A stretch of DNA of 64,000 nucleotides from Guillardia theta CCMP2712 (Eukaryota > Protista > Cryptophyta). Position 1 is the first letter of the stretch; every line of letters begins with the position of its first letter. A model generated the notes under the pieces. It ran no database searches. It saw nothing but the letters and a program-made list of their open reading frames with translations, and had not been told where the DNA came from. The stretch is taken from assembly GCF_000315625.1 (NCBI RefSeq), contig NW_005434628.1, positions 269,569 to 333,568 of the forward strand, written 5' to 3'. Positions 47,220 to 59,849 of this stretch are shown here, in pieces. The translations under genes and the position numbers were made by a program.

Positions 47220-47560
47220 ACAGATAACCTACCCCCCAGCATGCAAAATTAACCTTGAGAATCACGCTCACTTCAGACCCCCTTTGTTCTTTGGTAACCC
47301 CTGTCTTTTCGTTACATTTCCTCTAAAAATGACCCCTTCTTCAGTACCCCTACCCCCTAAGTTCCAGGGATGACATTCCGACTGTGGGCGTACCCTCAAG
47401 TCACTTCTTTGCTGCTGTCAACCCTCAGTCGGGCAACTTCTCCGCCGGACACTCAGTGCCGGCACCCGGGCCGCCGGCCCGGCCGCCGGGCAGCGCCGGA
47501 TCGTCAGTCAAAAGTTCAACGGTTTTCAAACTTAAAACTTTGAGAGTGAAGAAAGTTTCA
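47220..47560. promoter_or_regulatory. Bipartite TACCCC + CG-palindrome module in the divergent promoter region of two channel genes
   Basis: TACCCCC/GACCCC/AACCCC words at 47228-47400, then CCCGGGCCGCCGGCCCGGCCGCCGGG at ~47465. Confidence 0.55.
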
Positions 47561-47608
47561 AACCAGCGCTCGCCCAGCAGGGTCACGGGGAGATTGAGCA
47601 AAGAGGAG

Positions 47609-50600
47609 ATGAGCTGCTTCGGAATCGCAGTTCAGGTCGAGCCAGAGCCAGAGCCAGAGCCCGAAGAAACCTACTCCTCGCTCAAGCTCCGCCTAGAGGA
47701 AGCGATCAAGACTAACTCCTCGCTCAAGCTCCGCCTAGAGGAAGCGATCAAGACTAACTCCAAACTCGAAGCGGCCTTGCACGATGCCATCACGCAGCAA
47801 ACCCAGCTCACACAACAAGGCCTACAACAAAATATCAGAGAGATAGCAAAAACTTTGAACCCATCGCCTCAAGCTTCAGACGCACAGCATGCTACCCCAG
47901 TATCCCTCCCAGCTCCTCCCCAACATACAACCCTGCCCGCCAGCAACAGCGGCTGCCAAGCCAGGCAAGCCAGCGGCGAGGAGCTTGATCAGAGAGAGAT
48001 TGATGAATGCGAAGAGTCTGGCTCGCCGCCAGCAGATCTTGGGTTCTCGAAAATTTGCTGGCCCATCCAGCAAACGTCCAGCCCACCTCAATGCATTCAT
48101 ATCTCAAGCAGAAGGATTGCAAGTGCGCCCAAGAGGGTGTATGAGGCCATGAAGCAGCGAGATGATTGGAAGGACTTGACTTGTCCTGGGATAGTGATAT
48201 CTCTGACGGGGGGGGTCCGCTCTACCTATCTTCGTATCCGCCCATCGTTGAATAATTGTTGCAGGCGCTGGAGTTCGAAATAAGCGATCGATCAACCGAC
48301 TTCATCTTACAAGAATTGATGGACAGCATCAAGAAGCTGAACCCCTTGATTGTCACTGGAGGGACGCGCTACGGCATTATGAAGTCGTACTGAGCTTCTC
48401 CTGTTAGCTCTGATGGCTGATAGATTTGTCGGAAAAGCTCGAGCCAAGTATGCAATGAATGTGAACCTGTTGGGTATTGCACCTTCTGCTGTGATCGAGA
48501 TGCCCAAGGTACTTGCGAGTGAACGCTAGATTTTTCTGGGCGCTGATGAGTGTAAGATGGTGCAGGAGAACGAGGAGTCAGAAGAAGGACAGGAAACAGA
48601 CTCTGAACTGGTAGAGACAAGAACCCTTGGATCGTCCGAACAGCAGTGCGCTGAAGATGTCACAAACCGAGAACGAGCAGATTTCTCTGATGGGGAAAAC
48701 AAAGATGGTTTAGGCGCCGAGCCGCCTGGCAATGAAGCAGTGCAAGAAAAATGTTTGTTGGTGAGCAAGACCTGCGGATGTGTGCCAGAAACGAATGATG
48801 AATCATCTTTCAGGATTTGAATCACTCACACTTCATTCTTGTCGAAAGCTTAAGCGATGAGAGCGTGAGAAAAGAATGGTGCCAGCGTTTTGGAGAGGAA
48901 ACTAGTTTTAGGGCGGGACTTGAAAGAATCATCTCTGAGAATTCCGCTGAGAAAATGATACTCTCGGTTTGTGTACAAGGAGGCTTGGGATCAGGTTCGT
49001 AAGGAGCCTGTCTGATGCCTAGAAACTGAAATTTCTCCGCAGTCAAGACAGTGTTGGATGCCGTTGAACAGGGCACTCCGTGTATGATAGTTGACGGGAG
49101 TGGCAGAGCAGCAGATCTGATCAGTGATGCGGTGAAGTTGTGTTTTCCCATGGGGAGTAAGGGGCGAATGGATAGTGCTTGCTTTGACAGGAGGCAACGA
49201 GCTTTATGCGATTATTTTGAAAGCTTGTGTGGAACCAAGTATGAAACTGGGCAGTGGACAATCACTTCAAGTGATGATCAGAAGATATCTCGGATATTTG
49301 AGCCAGACAGGTCATGGAAAGATTTCTTGGAGATGTACCAACTGCCCGAGTCCAGTCCACTGCTCATACATCAATTGTTCACATTAGCCAACAGCGGTAA
49401 GTGCTGGATTTTCGAAATCAACGAAGGACATCAAAGTGGAGACTTCAAAGATGCAATGTTGTATTGTCTTCTGCATGAGGTAGACAATCAGTTGCAGAAA
49501 AAAATCGATATTGATCAACAAGAAGCGGCAAAAAACCTTGAGTTCTCGAAACAGGATGAATTGATAACGCAAGCGTTGCATAAGAAGTTCAATTTAGCCA
49601 TCAAGTTTCAAAGTCCCCATGTTTTGTCGCAAACGATCGCAAGTGCGTGGAAAGATGTGACAATGAAGCGATACGTCCATGAAGTAATCGAAGATGAGTT
49701 TGTGTTTGCATTTTGCAACTCAACAGCTGCAATGGTTGAGGTGTTGCTTCAAGAAGTACCTCATCTTGAATTTCTGCGCATTGGTTGGAAAGAGTCAAAG
49801 CTTGCCTTTACTAGGGGAAGCGGACTCATGACTTCAAAGGAATCGAAGGAAGCAAGAAGACGGTTGAGGCTTCTGAATGATTTAATGCCCAAAGTGCAGA
49901 AGGAAACGACACACGCTGGACTCCCTAAGAGAGATTTCAGAAGGTACCAGGATGAGACTAGGTTGTTTGACATTTCAGAGTTTGCAAATGTCCGCAACGA
50001 GATCGATCCTGAGATAGAAGAAGTAATTTCTCAGTTGGTCTTGAAACAAAGGCAGATGAGAAGCAAACTACGCTCGAGGGGTTTTCCCATAGTTCAATAC
50101 AACTTGGGTGCAGATGGTCCCTTGGCTGACTTGTTCTTGTCCAGTGTCGTCACACAAAAGTTTGATCTTGCAGACTTGATCTGGAGGCTTTGGATCCCTG
50201 ATATGGACAAACCTGGAGTTTTTTGGACTGAGCCAATCAATTCGATCACTTATGCCCTCATGGTACTGCTCTTTACCCTCTCAGAGCCTTGTCATTCTTG
50301 TTTGCAGGCAGTAGGCTACTTGCGAAGGAAGTCATTGCGGGAGGTCAACACGACAAAGAGGATTTTGATGGAAGAGAAGGCAGATCATCTTGAAAGAAAT
50401 GCTATTGAGGTTTATCATCATTCAATCAAAAATGATAAAGCGAAGGAGAGCATTCATGGAATCGAAAATGTGAATACACGCCTGACGTGGATATTCTACG
50501 TGATTGATAAGCGTTTGACAGATTTTGAATATCCGAACAAGAATTTTGGGTAAGTATACACTCATAGACTTGGCTGCCAATGGCTCGCAAGTCTTTCTCG

Positions 50601-52629
50601 ACGAATGCTGCGAACCAACGATCATAGGGAACCTCTACGGTGATCTCGATCCCTCGACCCCCGTCTTGTCGGTTTTCCTTGGGGTCCTTCTTCTCGGTCT
50701 CCCCGCTATGACCGGGGGCTTTGGGATTCGTTATCGGCCGAGCACAGGAAGCTTCACGTGCACAACTCATTCACTGCTGGCAAACGTTCTGAAGTCACCT
50801 CGCAGATACCGGGAGCTTCGATCCGTGACGCAGCGATTTGAAAAACTTAAAGAACCGAGCGTGTTTGATCGATGGGGTAAACGTTCACCACTGCAGCCCT
50901 GGAAGCGATAACGTGACATCTCCGCTGCAGGCTGTTGCATGTTCTCCCCCATTTCCATCTTTGTTTGGAAGGGGATAGAGCGCCTTGCTGCCACGATCTG
51001 CTTTACCCTTGTAGTGTATCCAACGTACGAGTTCTCCATCAAACTACATGAAATTCATATCTTGGAGTGGTTGTTGCTCGGGTGCAACCAAAGATCTTTG
51101 TGATGATGAGCGGCTTGACGTTGATTGCTTGCAGACATTACATCGCATCTTTCATTCGTGGGAGTCTTGTTCTTATGCAGACGGAGAAAGAGACAAGCAT
51201 TCCGTCAGGCGTGACTGACAGTAATTTAGACTTTGTTGCTTGGTATGTTTATGGTGCTTCATCAAAATTCGTATCAAAATTGACGTTGCTTTGCTGCAGG
51301 ATGTACTCAGACCTCGTAGCTTTTGTGGCTTACGCTGTTGGTCTTGCTAGGCACGTGCAATGTATACGTCATACCGAAACATGTCGTGAAATTGATTTCA
51401 CGCAAGACATGTAACCAACACCCGGAACGTTGGTTGTCGAAATTAATCCTTGTTCTGCAAGGATTGGCTTCTCAACGCCTTTTGTATCTTTTCGTTTCTC
51501 CTACTGCGTCTGCCTTTTCTTCTCCTATCTACGTCTTCTTCAATTTTGTCTTGTCAATCAACAAATCGGTGTTTTGGTAAGGCATCAGTAGATTTCGACA
51601 CAATCAGATAATGTACACAGATTTGGATTATCTTCAGAATAAGCATGATCACCATACAGTTTCTAATCGTGTAGGTCTTTTGACAAACGATTCTTTTGTT
51701 GTAATTATTTGTGATTCTGCAGATACTTCATTTTCCTGATGGCTCTATCTATCCTATTGCTTGGGGCAACTTTGATCAAGGTAATCGAAACTGCAACAGG
51801 ATTGAGAGGCAGTTGCTCATTGGTTGTAAGCCCTTACAAGACACTTGCCACGTTGATATGGAACAGCTTGACATCTACAACTACGTGACATGCTACAGCA
51901 CCTGGTGGATCTATCGATCCTTATTGATCGTAATCCTTAATGCGAACTGGAAGCAGTTGTGACGGGTCTGCAGTCCTGGGGAGAAGTAAGCATGCAAGAG
52001 ATTACAAACGGTGTTTTTGTTTTGGCGGTGAACCCCTTGCGATCTAACAAGCCTTGCACAGACACATCGATTGCAGTTTTTGTTTTAACTTACGTTGTTT
52101 TGAACGTCATCCTCATGAACCTGCTGATTGCTCTCATGACTGACACTTATCAGGAAAGTCTTGAAAGCAGAAGTTTGTTGTGCCTGATGTACCTTTCAGA
52201 CCCTCCGTAAGCAATCAAGAAAACAGTGGTTGATAGATATCGTGAATATCACCAGGGACAATTCAATGTGAGAGCAGCTGCATAGATTGAACGCAAGGAC
52301 TTCCAACTGACCAAGATGTCAGGATCGATTGTGACTTTTTATTTCCATTCTTCGTGTTGCCATTCTATCTGCTATCGTCTCAAGATTTTTGGCGCAAGAG
52401 ATATTCCAGCGATTTTCCAATATTGGGAGGCATGCTCAAAGAATCTGGCAACAAAACTCGTTGGAGGCCTTTCGATCACAGCAGGCCTGACTCGGATGTT
52501 GTAAGAATTGTAACTGACGCGAAGGAGAGGAATGAGCTTCAAAGATTCGTCGCCATCGTGGCTGAGGCAAAACGGCAAGTCAACAAGCAGCTGAGAAGAG
52601 AAAAAAAGAAGGAAGAGGCAGCCAACTAA
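47609..52629 (+). CDS. TRPM-like channel (N-terminal SLOG/LSDAT region, 6TM, C-terminal coiled coil)
   Basis: VISLTGG, LIVTGGTRYGIMK, LLGIAP, LNHSHFILVE, FRAGLERII, VCVQGG, AVEQGTPCMIVDGSGRAADLI, DLADLIW, and S6 NVILMNLLIALMTDTY. Confidence 0.9.
47674..47760 (+). repeat. Perfect 42-bp in-frame tandem duplication (SSLKLRLEEAIKTN x2)
   Basis: TCCTCGCTCAAGCTCCGCCTAGAGGAAGCGATCAAGACTAAC twice. Confidence 0.92.
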
Positions 52630-52839
52630 AATAAAGAAGAGACAACGCAATCTCTAGTCCAACCACATGAGCGGCGGCATGCACGAGATGCAGGGGAATA
52701 AGGATCAGGACAAGGAGCAGTGGCGCAAGGGTTCTGGATATTCAATCCTATCTAACAACCAATAATGCGAGAAAGACGGCAGCCTGCCCCTGGGGATGGG
52801 AAGTACCAGGGGATGAAGCAATCTAAAGCAGACTGAGGC

Positions 52840-55800
52840 CTATGCTGTATGTGGAGGACGACTGCGTTTGTTGGTGGGACGCCTTGCCGAGCGATTTCCA
52901 TGGGTGCGTGACACTGAAAGTTGCCAGTGAAGCTCTTCAGCGCTTGGCTCGTCGGAGGAGTAGGTGGGCCATGAGACTGCGATCTTCTTCGTGTTCGATT
53001 CGATTATGATCGCCAATCCCAACCTCTTGTAAAGATTGATCGCGTTGCATGTTTGTTTGATCGCGTTGGATGTATGTTTAAGGGGAGGGGAGGGGAGAGG
53101 AGAGGAGCTAGAATCAGAGATGAGAGAACGTGAGAGGAGGGGAGTAGAGGATGAATCGGGGGCTTCCTCGTCTCATTCACACGCTGCTGAAAGAAAATGC
53201 AATCAAAGAGTAGATAGAGTGTTGACGGCCTTGTTCTCCTCATCGTGTGCTCGACATGTTCGAGCTCTTTGCTTTCAACCTCGCCAGCATTCCTTGCAGC
53301 CAAATCAGACAACATCTGTATGTGTAGCATACGAACCCTTGATGTCTGACGAGCTCACTTGATCGATGATGTCCGGAGCATTGTTCTTGACTGACATGAC
53401 AATTTCTATCCGATCTATCGGTTCAGCCTCATCCATTCTCATCACGACAAGTTACCTCGTTGTGGAGGAGAAGCGAGCGAGGAGTTGACGTCGGATGTAT
53501 CGGTGGGCGGCTGGTTTGACTCTGTTTTGTTCGCTTGCCTATTCACCCACGTGTGTAAGCAGCGCAAGGGGTAAGGAAGCAGGTTACCTTCTGTGAGAGG
53601 TTTCGGACGTGTTGCTGGCGACTGGACTCTTGGATGAGCTCTGCTGAGGCATCAGGAGTGAAGATGGAGGACGGGGACGAGAAGGAGAGGAAGGAGAAGG
53701 AGGGGAAGGAGAGGGAAGGGAAAGGGCAGAGTAGTGGAGCCGGGAGGGGGCGGGGGGGGGGGTGACTAGGGGAAAGAAGGGAGGAAAATTAAATGCCGAG
53801 AAGGTTGTCATGGGGGCGAGTAGTTGACCTGCTCGATGTGATCCGTGATGGCATCGTCCTGGAAGAATTCTGTCGAGTGATAGCTCACTGTCGACCTTCC
53901 TACTTCCTGCTGCCGTGATAAACGCTGAGAGAGGGAGAGGGAGAGAGGGAGGGAGGGAGAGAGAGAAGGAGAGAGAGAAGGACAAAAAAGTCAGGCGAAT
54001 CACAAGATGAGAGTAGATGACGATGAGGAGCTACGTCGACACAAGTGACAGACATGGGGGTTGACCAATGCAGTAGCAGCTCAGGAATCCTCTAGAAAGC
54101 GTTACTGACCTCGATCATCTCCTCTATCGCGTTGAACCTCGTGGAGACTGTGCTGTGGATTGTGAGGACTTGTGAACTGACCTGAGCAGAAGCGTGAGAA
54201 AGAGGAGCGGGCTGGTAGTGGGAGGGCAACGGGAAGAGAGCAGGGAAAGAAGAGGAGGAAGACGAGGCCAAAGGAGGATGAAGAGGGCCTCTACTTTCTC
54301 AAGGCTCTGCGCAAGGGCCTCTTGGCTCTCGACTGCGTTGAGTGATCGCTGCTCAAGCCCTGAGGAGAGAAAGTTGAGCAGGAGGACAGGAACAGTACAG
54401 AAGGGCAGACGAACATACGGATGAAGTAAGAGGTGAGATGAAGTGATGAGAACTAGAACAAGGAATGGAAAGGGATATGAAGACGAGAGAGTAGGGATGG
54501 AAAACATCACCGATCTCCATCCGTGCACTGCATTTCTAAGTGGTGCAAATACAGGATTGAGCACTACCTGAGATCTTCACTGCACTCTCAGAGTAAATCT
54601 GTTGAGCTTGACTGTTCCAAGGGGAGTAAGAAGGTTGGGAGGGGTAGAAGTTTCATACTTGATCATTTGCTCGATCATCTCAGAAGTATTCTTGTAATCT
54701 GAGGCAACCACGAGTCAGCGAGCCAGTTGTATGTCTTCTTGTCCGTTGCCTCGCTCCAGACGATTCAGAAGGGTCTTCTCTACTGACTTGACGGTCTTGA
54801 TGCTTCTTGTGTGTTGGAGCTGTCAAAGACGATGATGTCAATCACGGGAAAAGTCTTGACGAGCTAGTCAAACTACTTTGTTGTCAACATCCAGCGACGA
54901 GACCAGGCGATCGACAGGCCTGAGAGCAGCAGCAGCTCTCATCGTCTCCATTCTCAACCTCCTGAAGGATCGGATCGACTGGTTCATCCTCACCAGCTGC
55001 GGACATGACTCACTCCCAGCTCGGCGAGGCTTTTCTCACCTCGGCAAGCTGAAGAAACTTCTCCAGCACGGATGGAGCTCGGATCGCGCACGTGCGTTCG
55101 AACATGACTCTGCGCTGTTTCATGGATGCGTCCTCTGATGGGAGCGAGGGGAAAAGTTTTCCGCTGCTGTGACGAAGAAGTTCGGAGTTGTCATGGTGCC
55201 TCTGAAACTTCCACCAGCTGGGAGAAAGGTGAGAGCAGCAGAGGACGATGAGAACAGATGGCAGAGGGTGCGGGTCAAACAAGGACGGGATAATTAAGGT
55301 TAGGAATGAGCGGTAGGGAGGAGGGAGAGTCTGAGAATACAGATGAAGTGATTACCGGGCAAGCAAGGTCGCGGCTGAAATCTTGAGTTCCTCAAGTTTC
55401 ACCTGATCACTGATTGTCAACACGGCTGCAGGTAATGCGATGGTGATGTTGCCGCTCGATCAATGCAGAGAAGAAGCTGCGTCATGTCGCTTGACATCTT
55501 CGAGCTTTGAAAAACATTCAACAGCTGTTTCATCGAGAAAGTGATCACAAGACCTGTTGAGCAGGGCGATGAACAAGAAGATTGCCCACACAGTTCCCAG
55601 CAGAGCAGTTAACACCAACACGATCTGTATATAATCTCGTCAGCATACAGAAGGATTCGACGTCACAAGGGAGGCAAACCTGTCCAAAGTGAGATTGAGC
55701 ATACGATTGTTCGTTCAACATCCCAAAGAAAGCAAGTGCCACTGTCCTCACACTGTCCCTGATCGCCTTGACGTTAAACCCTCTTGACGCCAAACCCTTC

Positions 55801-57322
55801 CCTCCATACCAGAAGAAGTAGAAGTCACTCCCTGTCAGCTGGGCGTTGACAGGCAGTTCTGCAATCCGAATCGCATCTGAACCCGCCAGGGAAGGTGAGA
55901 AACAGCTGGACGTTTTCACTTCTCACATGCGAGGACGAGGATCGCGAAGACCATAACGAAGATGACACAGCTGACGGGACGTTTGCCCAGCACCCACTGC
56001 ACACATACAAGATGTCATCTCATCTGTCAGCAGTGAAATGCAGTACCCGGCTGACAAACTCGTCGGAAGAAGGGAGAGAAGATTGGAGGCCCATGATCCG
56101 GGCAATCTGTACAGATCGAGCAAGCCTGGGTTGGTCCCTTTCAGTGAGAAAAAGACGTCAAGAGTTCATCGCAAGACCTCATCTCTCTCCAAAACAAATG
56201 TTTGATAGATCGGAACACACTGAAGCATCTCTGAATGGAGTTTTTCAGTTGCGATATCGGTGTTTGGATATAAGAATACCAACAGTCCAAAGAATGCTCC
56301 CAGATCATCTGCAATTCAACAAACTTCAGTAGAACATTTCTTGCTTGCTGATTCTGGCCACCTGCATGATATCTCGACTGCATTCCATCAGGTCGAACGT
56401 TCCCATCAATCTGAAGTCTTATCAGAAGGCACTTGGAGAGTAGAGCGCGGAGATAGCAAGAAAGAAGAAAGGCAGACGAAGTGAGGGCCAAACACGGATA
56501 GGGAAGCAGAGCATGCAGCAGAAGAACAGGAGGAGGTTGAGGCAGATGGGAAGGAGGAAATATGGACACTGGCCAGGGAGCATGGTTAAACCTCGTAGTT
56601 TGAGAACGGAGGATTGACAGGCATCAAAATGAATCCTTCAACCGCATACCTAAACAAGTGATCAGTTGTAATGGTTCATAACATCATCGAAAGCATCGGT
56701 CACCATGAGATAAAGATCGCGACGTCCAAGGTGGGACTGAATGTCAGAGGAGCATCATGAACCAACTCCTGCAAGGCTAGGTGAGTACGTCCCCTATCCA
56801 CCGCGTCCTCCACTTACCTTGATAACCAAATGGCTGCGAAGATAACGAAGCAGCTGAAAGAAGGCTGCCACTGCAAACAAACATCCGATGCTTCTGAGGA
56901 CTTCAACGTTGCCCGGGAGCTGCAACCAGCAGTCAAGATTCCAATCAGGACCAGCAAGATCAAACCAGCTTGCATCGATGGCCTCTTGAGACAGCAACCT
57001 TACACTCCTCCGTCTCAAGCTGGGTGACCCCCATATGAAGCCTGTACTCCCTTGTGGCGATTAGAAAGAAACAGCTTGCCAGACACAAGACAGTGATGGT
57101 GTGAGCGAGGTACGAGCAATGCTGTATGGTTTCATTTAGCTTTCCACCTGCATGATCACCACGCATCTTGAGCTTCAGCTGTGGCTTCACATTCTTCTTC
57201 TCCAACTCTTGATCCACAATGTTAGCCTCTGCTGGGCTCTCCTTGGAAAACCCGAGATACTCTGATTTCTCCGGAGTTTCAAACGTCTCTCCCGGCAGCA
57301 TGCTGCCTCCTTCCTCTGCCAT
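52840..57322 (-). CDS. SK/KCNN-like (small-conductance Ca-activated K channel family) protein with a degenerate selectivity filter; 3' end approximate
   Basis: FFQLLRYLRSHL (S2), VEGFILMPVNPPF (S3, like LEILVCAIHPIP), WVLGKRPVSCVIFVMVF (S5), LTALLGTVWAIFLFIALLN (S6), KISAATLLAR..WWKF and RMNQSIRSFRRLRME (CaM-binding-domain-like helices), then a coiled coil. Confidence 0.68.
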
Positions 57323-57479
57323 GGCTGGAGGGAATCTTCGTTTGAGCTCCACGTGTCAACCTGCTGCTCTTGCGCTTCTCCTCAGCCTATCACCATCAAC
57401 TTGCTTGCGCATGCCGTTGTAATGCCATGGAAGAGCAATAATAAAAAAAGTCAAATGTGCTTAACGGCTGCTCAACCGC

Positions 57480-57665
57480 CGACTCACCTCAGTGAGTCAC
57501 TCGGTGATCGGACCGAGCGGCGGCCGCTGGCCGGGCCGTGGGCTACCGTACGGCCGGGTGACAATACTGGGCCCGGCAGCTCAGACTGAGCTGCTGGGCA
57601 ACTTGTCCGTTGTGATAGTCGCCCGGCAGCTCAGCCTGACATTTCGGCCTTGCCCCGGAGCGTCA
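57480..57665. other. CG-palindrome block upstream of the SK-like gene
   Basis: GACTCAC/GTGAGTC, GATCGGACCG, CCGTACGGCCGG, GGGCCCGG words. Confidence 0.65.
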
Positions 57666-57997
57666 CTAGAACCTTTGTGTATCTTGAAGTGTAATGCCGC
57701 TTACAGTAAACGTCCTTACAATGCAAGCCAGGGAGAGGGCTACCGTACTAGCCTGGCTATCATTTATTTTGATCGTTGTTCCTGACAATGTCACAGCCAA
57801 CCACAGCGGTCACTTCGATGATCGGACTACGATGATGAAGCACTGGCTGGCACCGTCTGAGAGCTGATTTGACATAGACCAGGTCCGCCGGGACTCGGTA
57901 TTATGTCTATGCTGGAACAATCACTCGTAACTTGACTAGACATGCAAGTCATTCGAAGCTCTGTACTTTCTTCACGTCGATTCGGTTGAGAAAGCTT

Positions 57998-59457
57998 TCA
58001 GTTTGAATCAGAGCTGCTGGAATCAAGAATCAGGGTCAAGTATGAAGAAACACGGAAGTTGTGTTCGCCAGCTTCATTGCTCGCTCTGTTTCTTCTTCCA
58101 GAAGCCCCAGCGCCGTCTCTCTTCCTGGAGAGCGTCGGCAAATTTCTGGACCATCGAGTTAGAAATCGCCTTGTCATTCCTGTTGACCTTTGCACCAGTT
58201 TCTCCATCGACACTGTTGAAGCGCATCGTTAGCCGTCAATAGAAGCACCGCCAATGGACTCGAACCTCATGATCCACACCGATTGCACTTCGTTCTCTGG
58301 GAAGCGAACGTTCTTAGGCTTCGTTCCCTCTAGTACCACACCAAGTCTGGAGGAACTTTTTGCTTTCAAGTTGGGAGATCCAAGGCTGAGAGATTTCTTG
58401 GAGGCGTTGAGAGAAGGACTCTCTTGGCCTTGCTCACCGAAGAGAGAATCAGGATTCTGCTTCACTCCTGGGCTCGACGAGTTTCGAAGGAAATCCCACA
58501 CCCTCTTCGGAGTGTCTGGGCTGCTTGGGGTTGGGGGCGGTGCATCTACACACGAAGCAGAGTTGATCTCTGCTGTGTAGACTGCTTCTTGCAACCTTGA
58601 AACAGGTTGAAGATCAGCAGAGAAGCGATGATGTGAAACATCTACCTCTTGTCTAGCTCCAAAATCGACTCGTCTGCATCCAATCCCTCAAAAATGAGGT
58701 CCCTGGACAATGTTTTTCTTTTTGTGTGCTCGTCACTGCCTTGACTGATCGATGAATCTCCAGACGGGGGGATGGAGAGCAGCTGGCTATCGAGCAAGCT
58801 TCTCCACGAACTGATCCAAGAAAAGTTGAAAGAGGGCATTTTTTCGAATTCCTTCCTCTCCTTGGAATCATTTTCTGTTGACTTCGGCTGTGGCTCGGCG
58901 AGACCGGTGCCTTCTCCCCAGAAAGCAGCCTGTCGAGATGCCGCCTGAGCTCGTTTGGACTCTCCTAGCTTATCCAGAGCCTCGCTCTTGCGAACCCATG
59001 CCTTTGACCCACCAGTGATCTCCAGAAGAAATGAAAATTAGAATTCTTACCCGGGACCATTTCGGTTTTAATGACACGCTTTTTTCTGCATCTTCAAGCG
59101 CTGCTTTGTAGTCTTCAGTCCGAAGATGTGCTGCAGACCTTGCATGCGAAGTCAAATGTACTTGAATGAAATGTGAAAATCAGCGAGATCAAACCGACCT
59201 GTTCGCATAGAGGACTGCGAGTTTTGAATCAGAGAGACATTGACTACCGGCATTTATCGCAGTGGAATAATGTGTGATCGCTTCGGCGAAGAGCTCTTGA
59301 TGCCTGGAATGACATTCAGAGAAGCATGTGCGTGAGGAATAAGGCATTACAGTGACAGGTCCCCCTGGTTCTTTGACCATTTGATTAACCTTCTGAGCGG
59401 CTTACCAGCTTTCTTCGATCGGGTTTGAAGTTTCCGGGATTTGTTTGCCTCTGCCAT
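57998..59457 (-). CDS. TPR-domain protein with low-complexity C-terminus
   Basis: FAEAITHYSTAI, AVLYANRSAAHLRTEDYKAALEDAEKSVSLKPKWSRAWVRKSEAL after splicing. Confidence 0.85.
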
Positions 59458-59849
59458 GCCGCTAACGTTCTCTTTCTGCCTCTCGGTAATGGTCAGTGAC
59501 CTTGTATTCACTTAAGCAAAAACCAGCACTCACCATCGTCTTTCATTTACTTTCATTTCCAAGTGCAGATGCATCTTAGTTAAAAATTCTCAACATTCTC
59601 AAAATCCTTCAATTCGGCATTGATCTCAGCTTGACATCTATCATGTTGTCCGCACATACATCACAGTAGCAAGCCCTCCCTCAAGCCTCATGTCAGCATC
59701 GATGCATCGCAGTATTAGTTAGACAAGGAAAAAACCTACTAGGCTAGTCAAACTTATTCAAGTTGCCGCAGCGACCCCGAGCCGGGCCCCGGTCGTCGGC
59801 GGCCCAGGTGACCGACCGTACTCACAGAGTCATGCAGGACATATTGCTC

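Noticed and set aside
52840-57322. PKD2/TRPP-type channel call
   Set aside because: S3, S5, S6 and post-S6 helices fit the SK/KCNN layout better; no polycystin TOP domain seen
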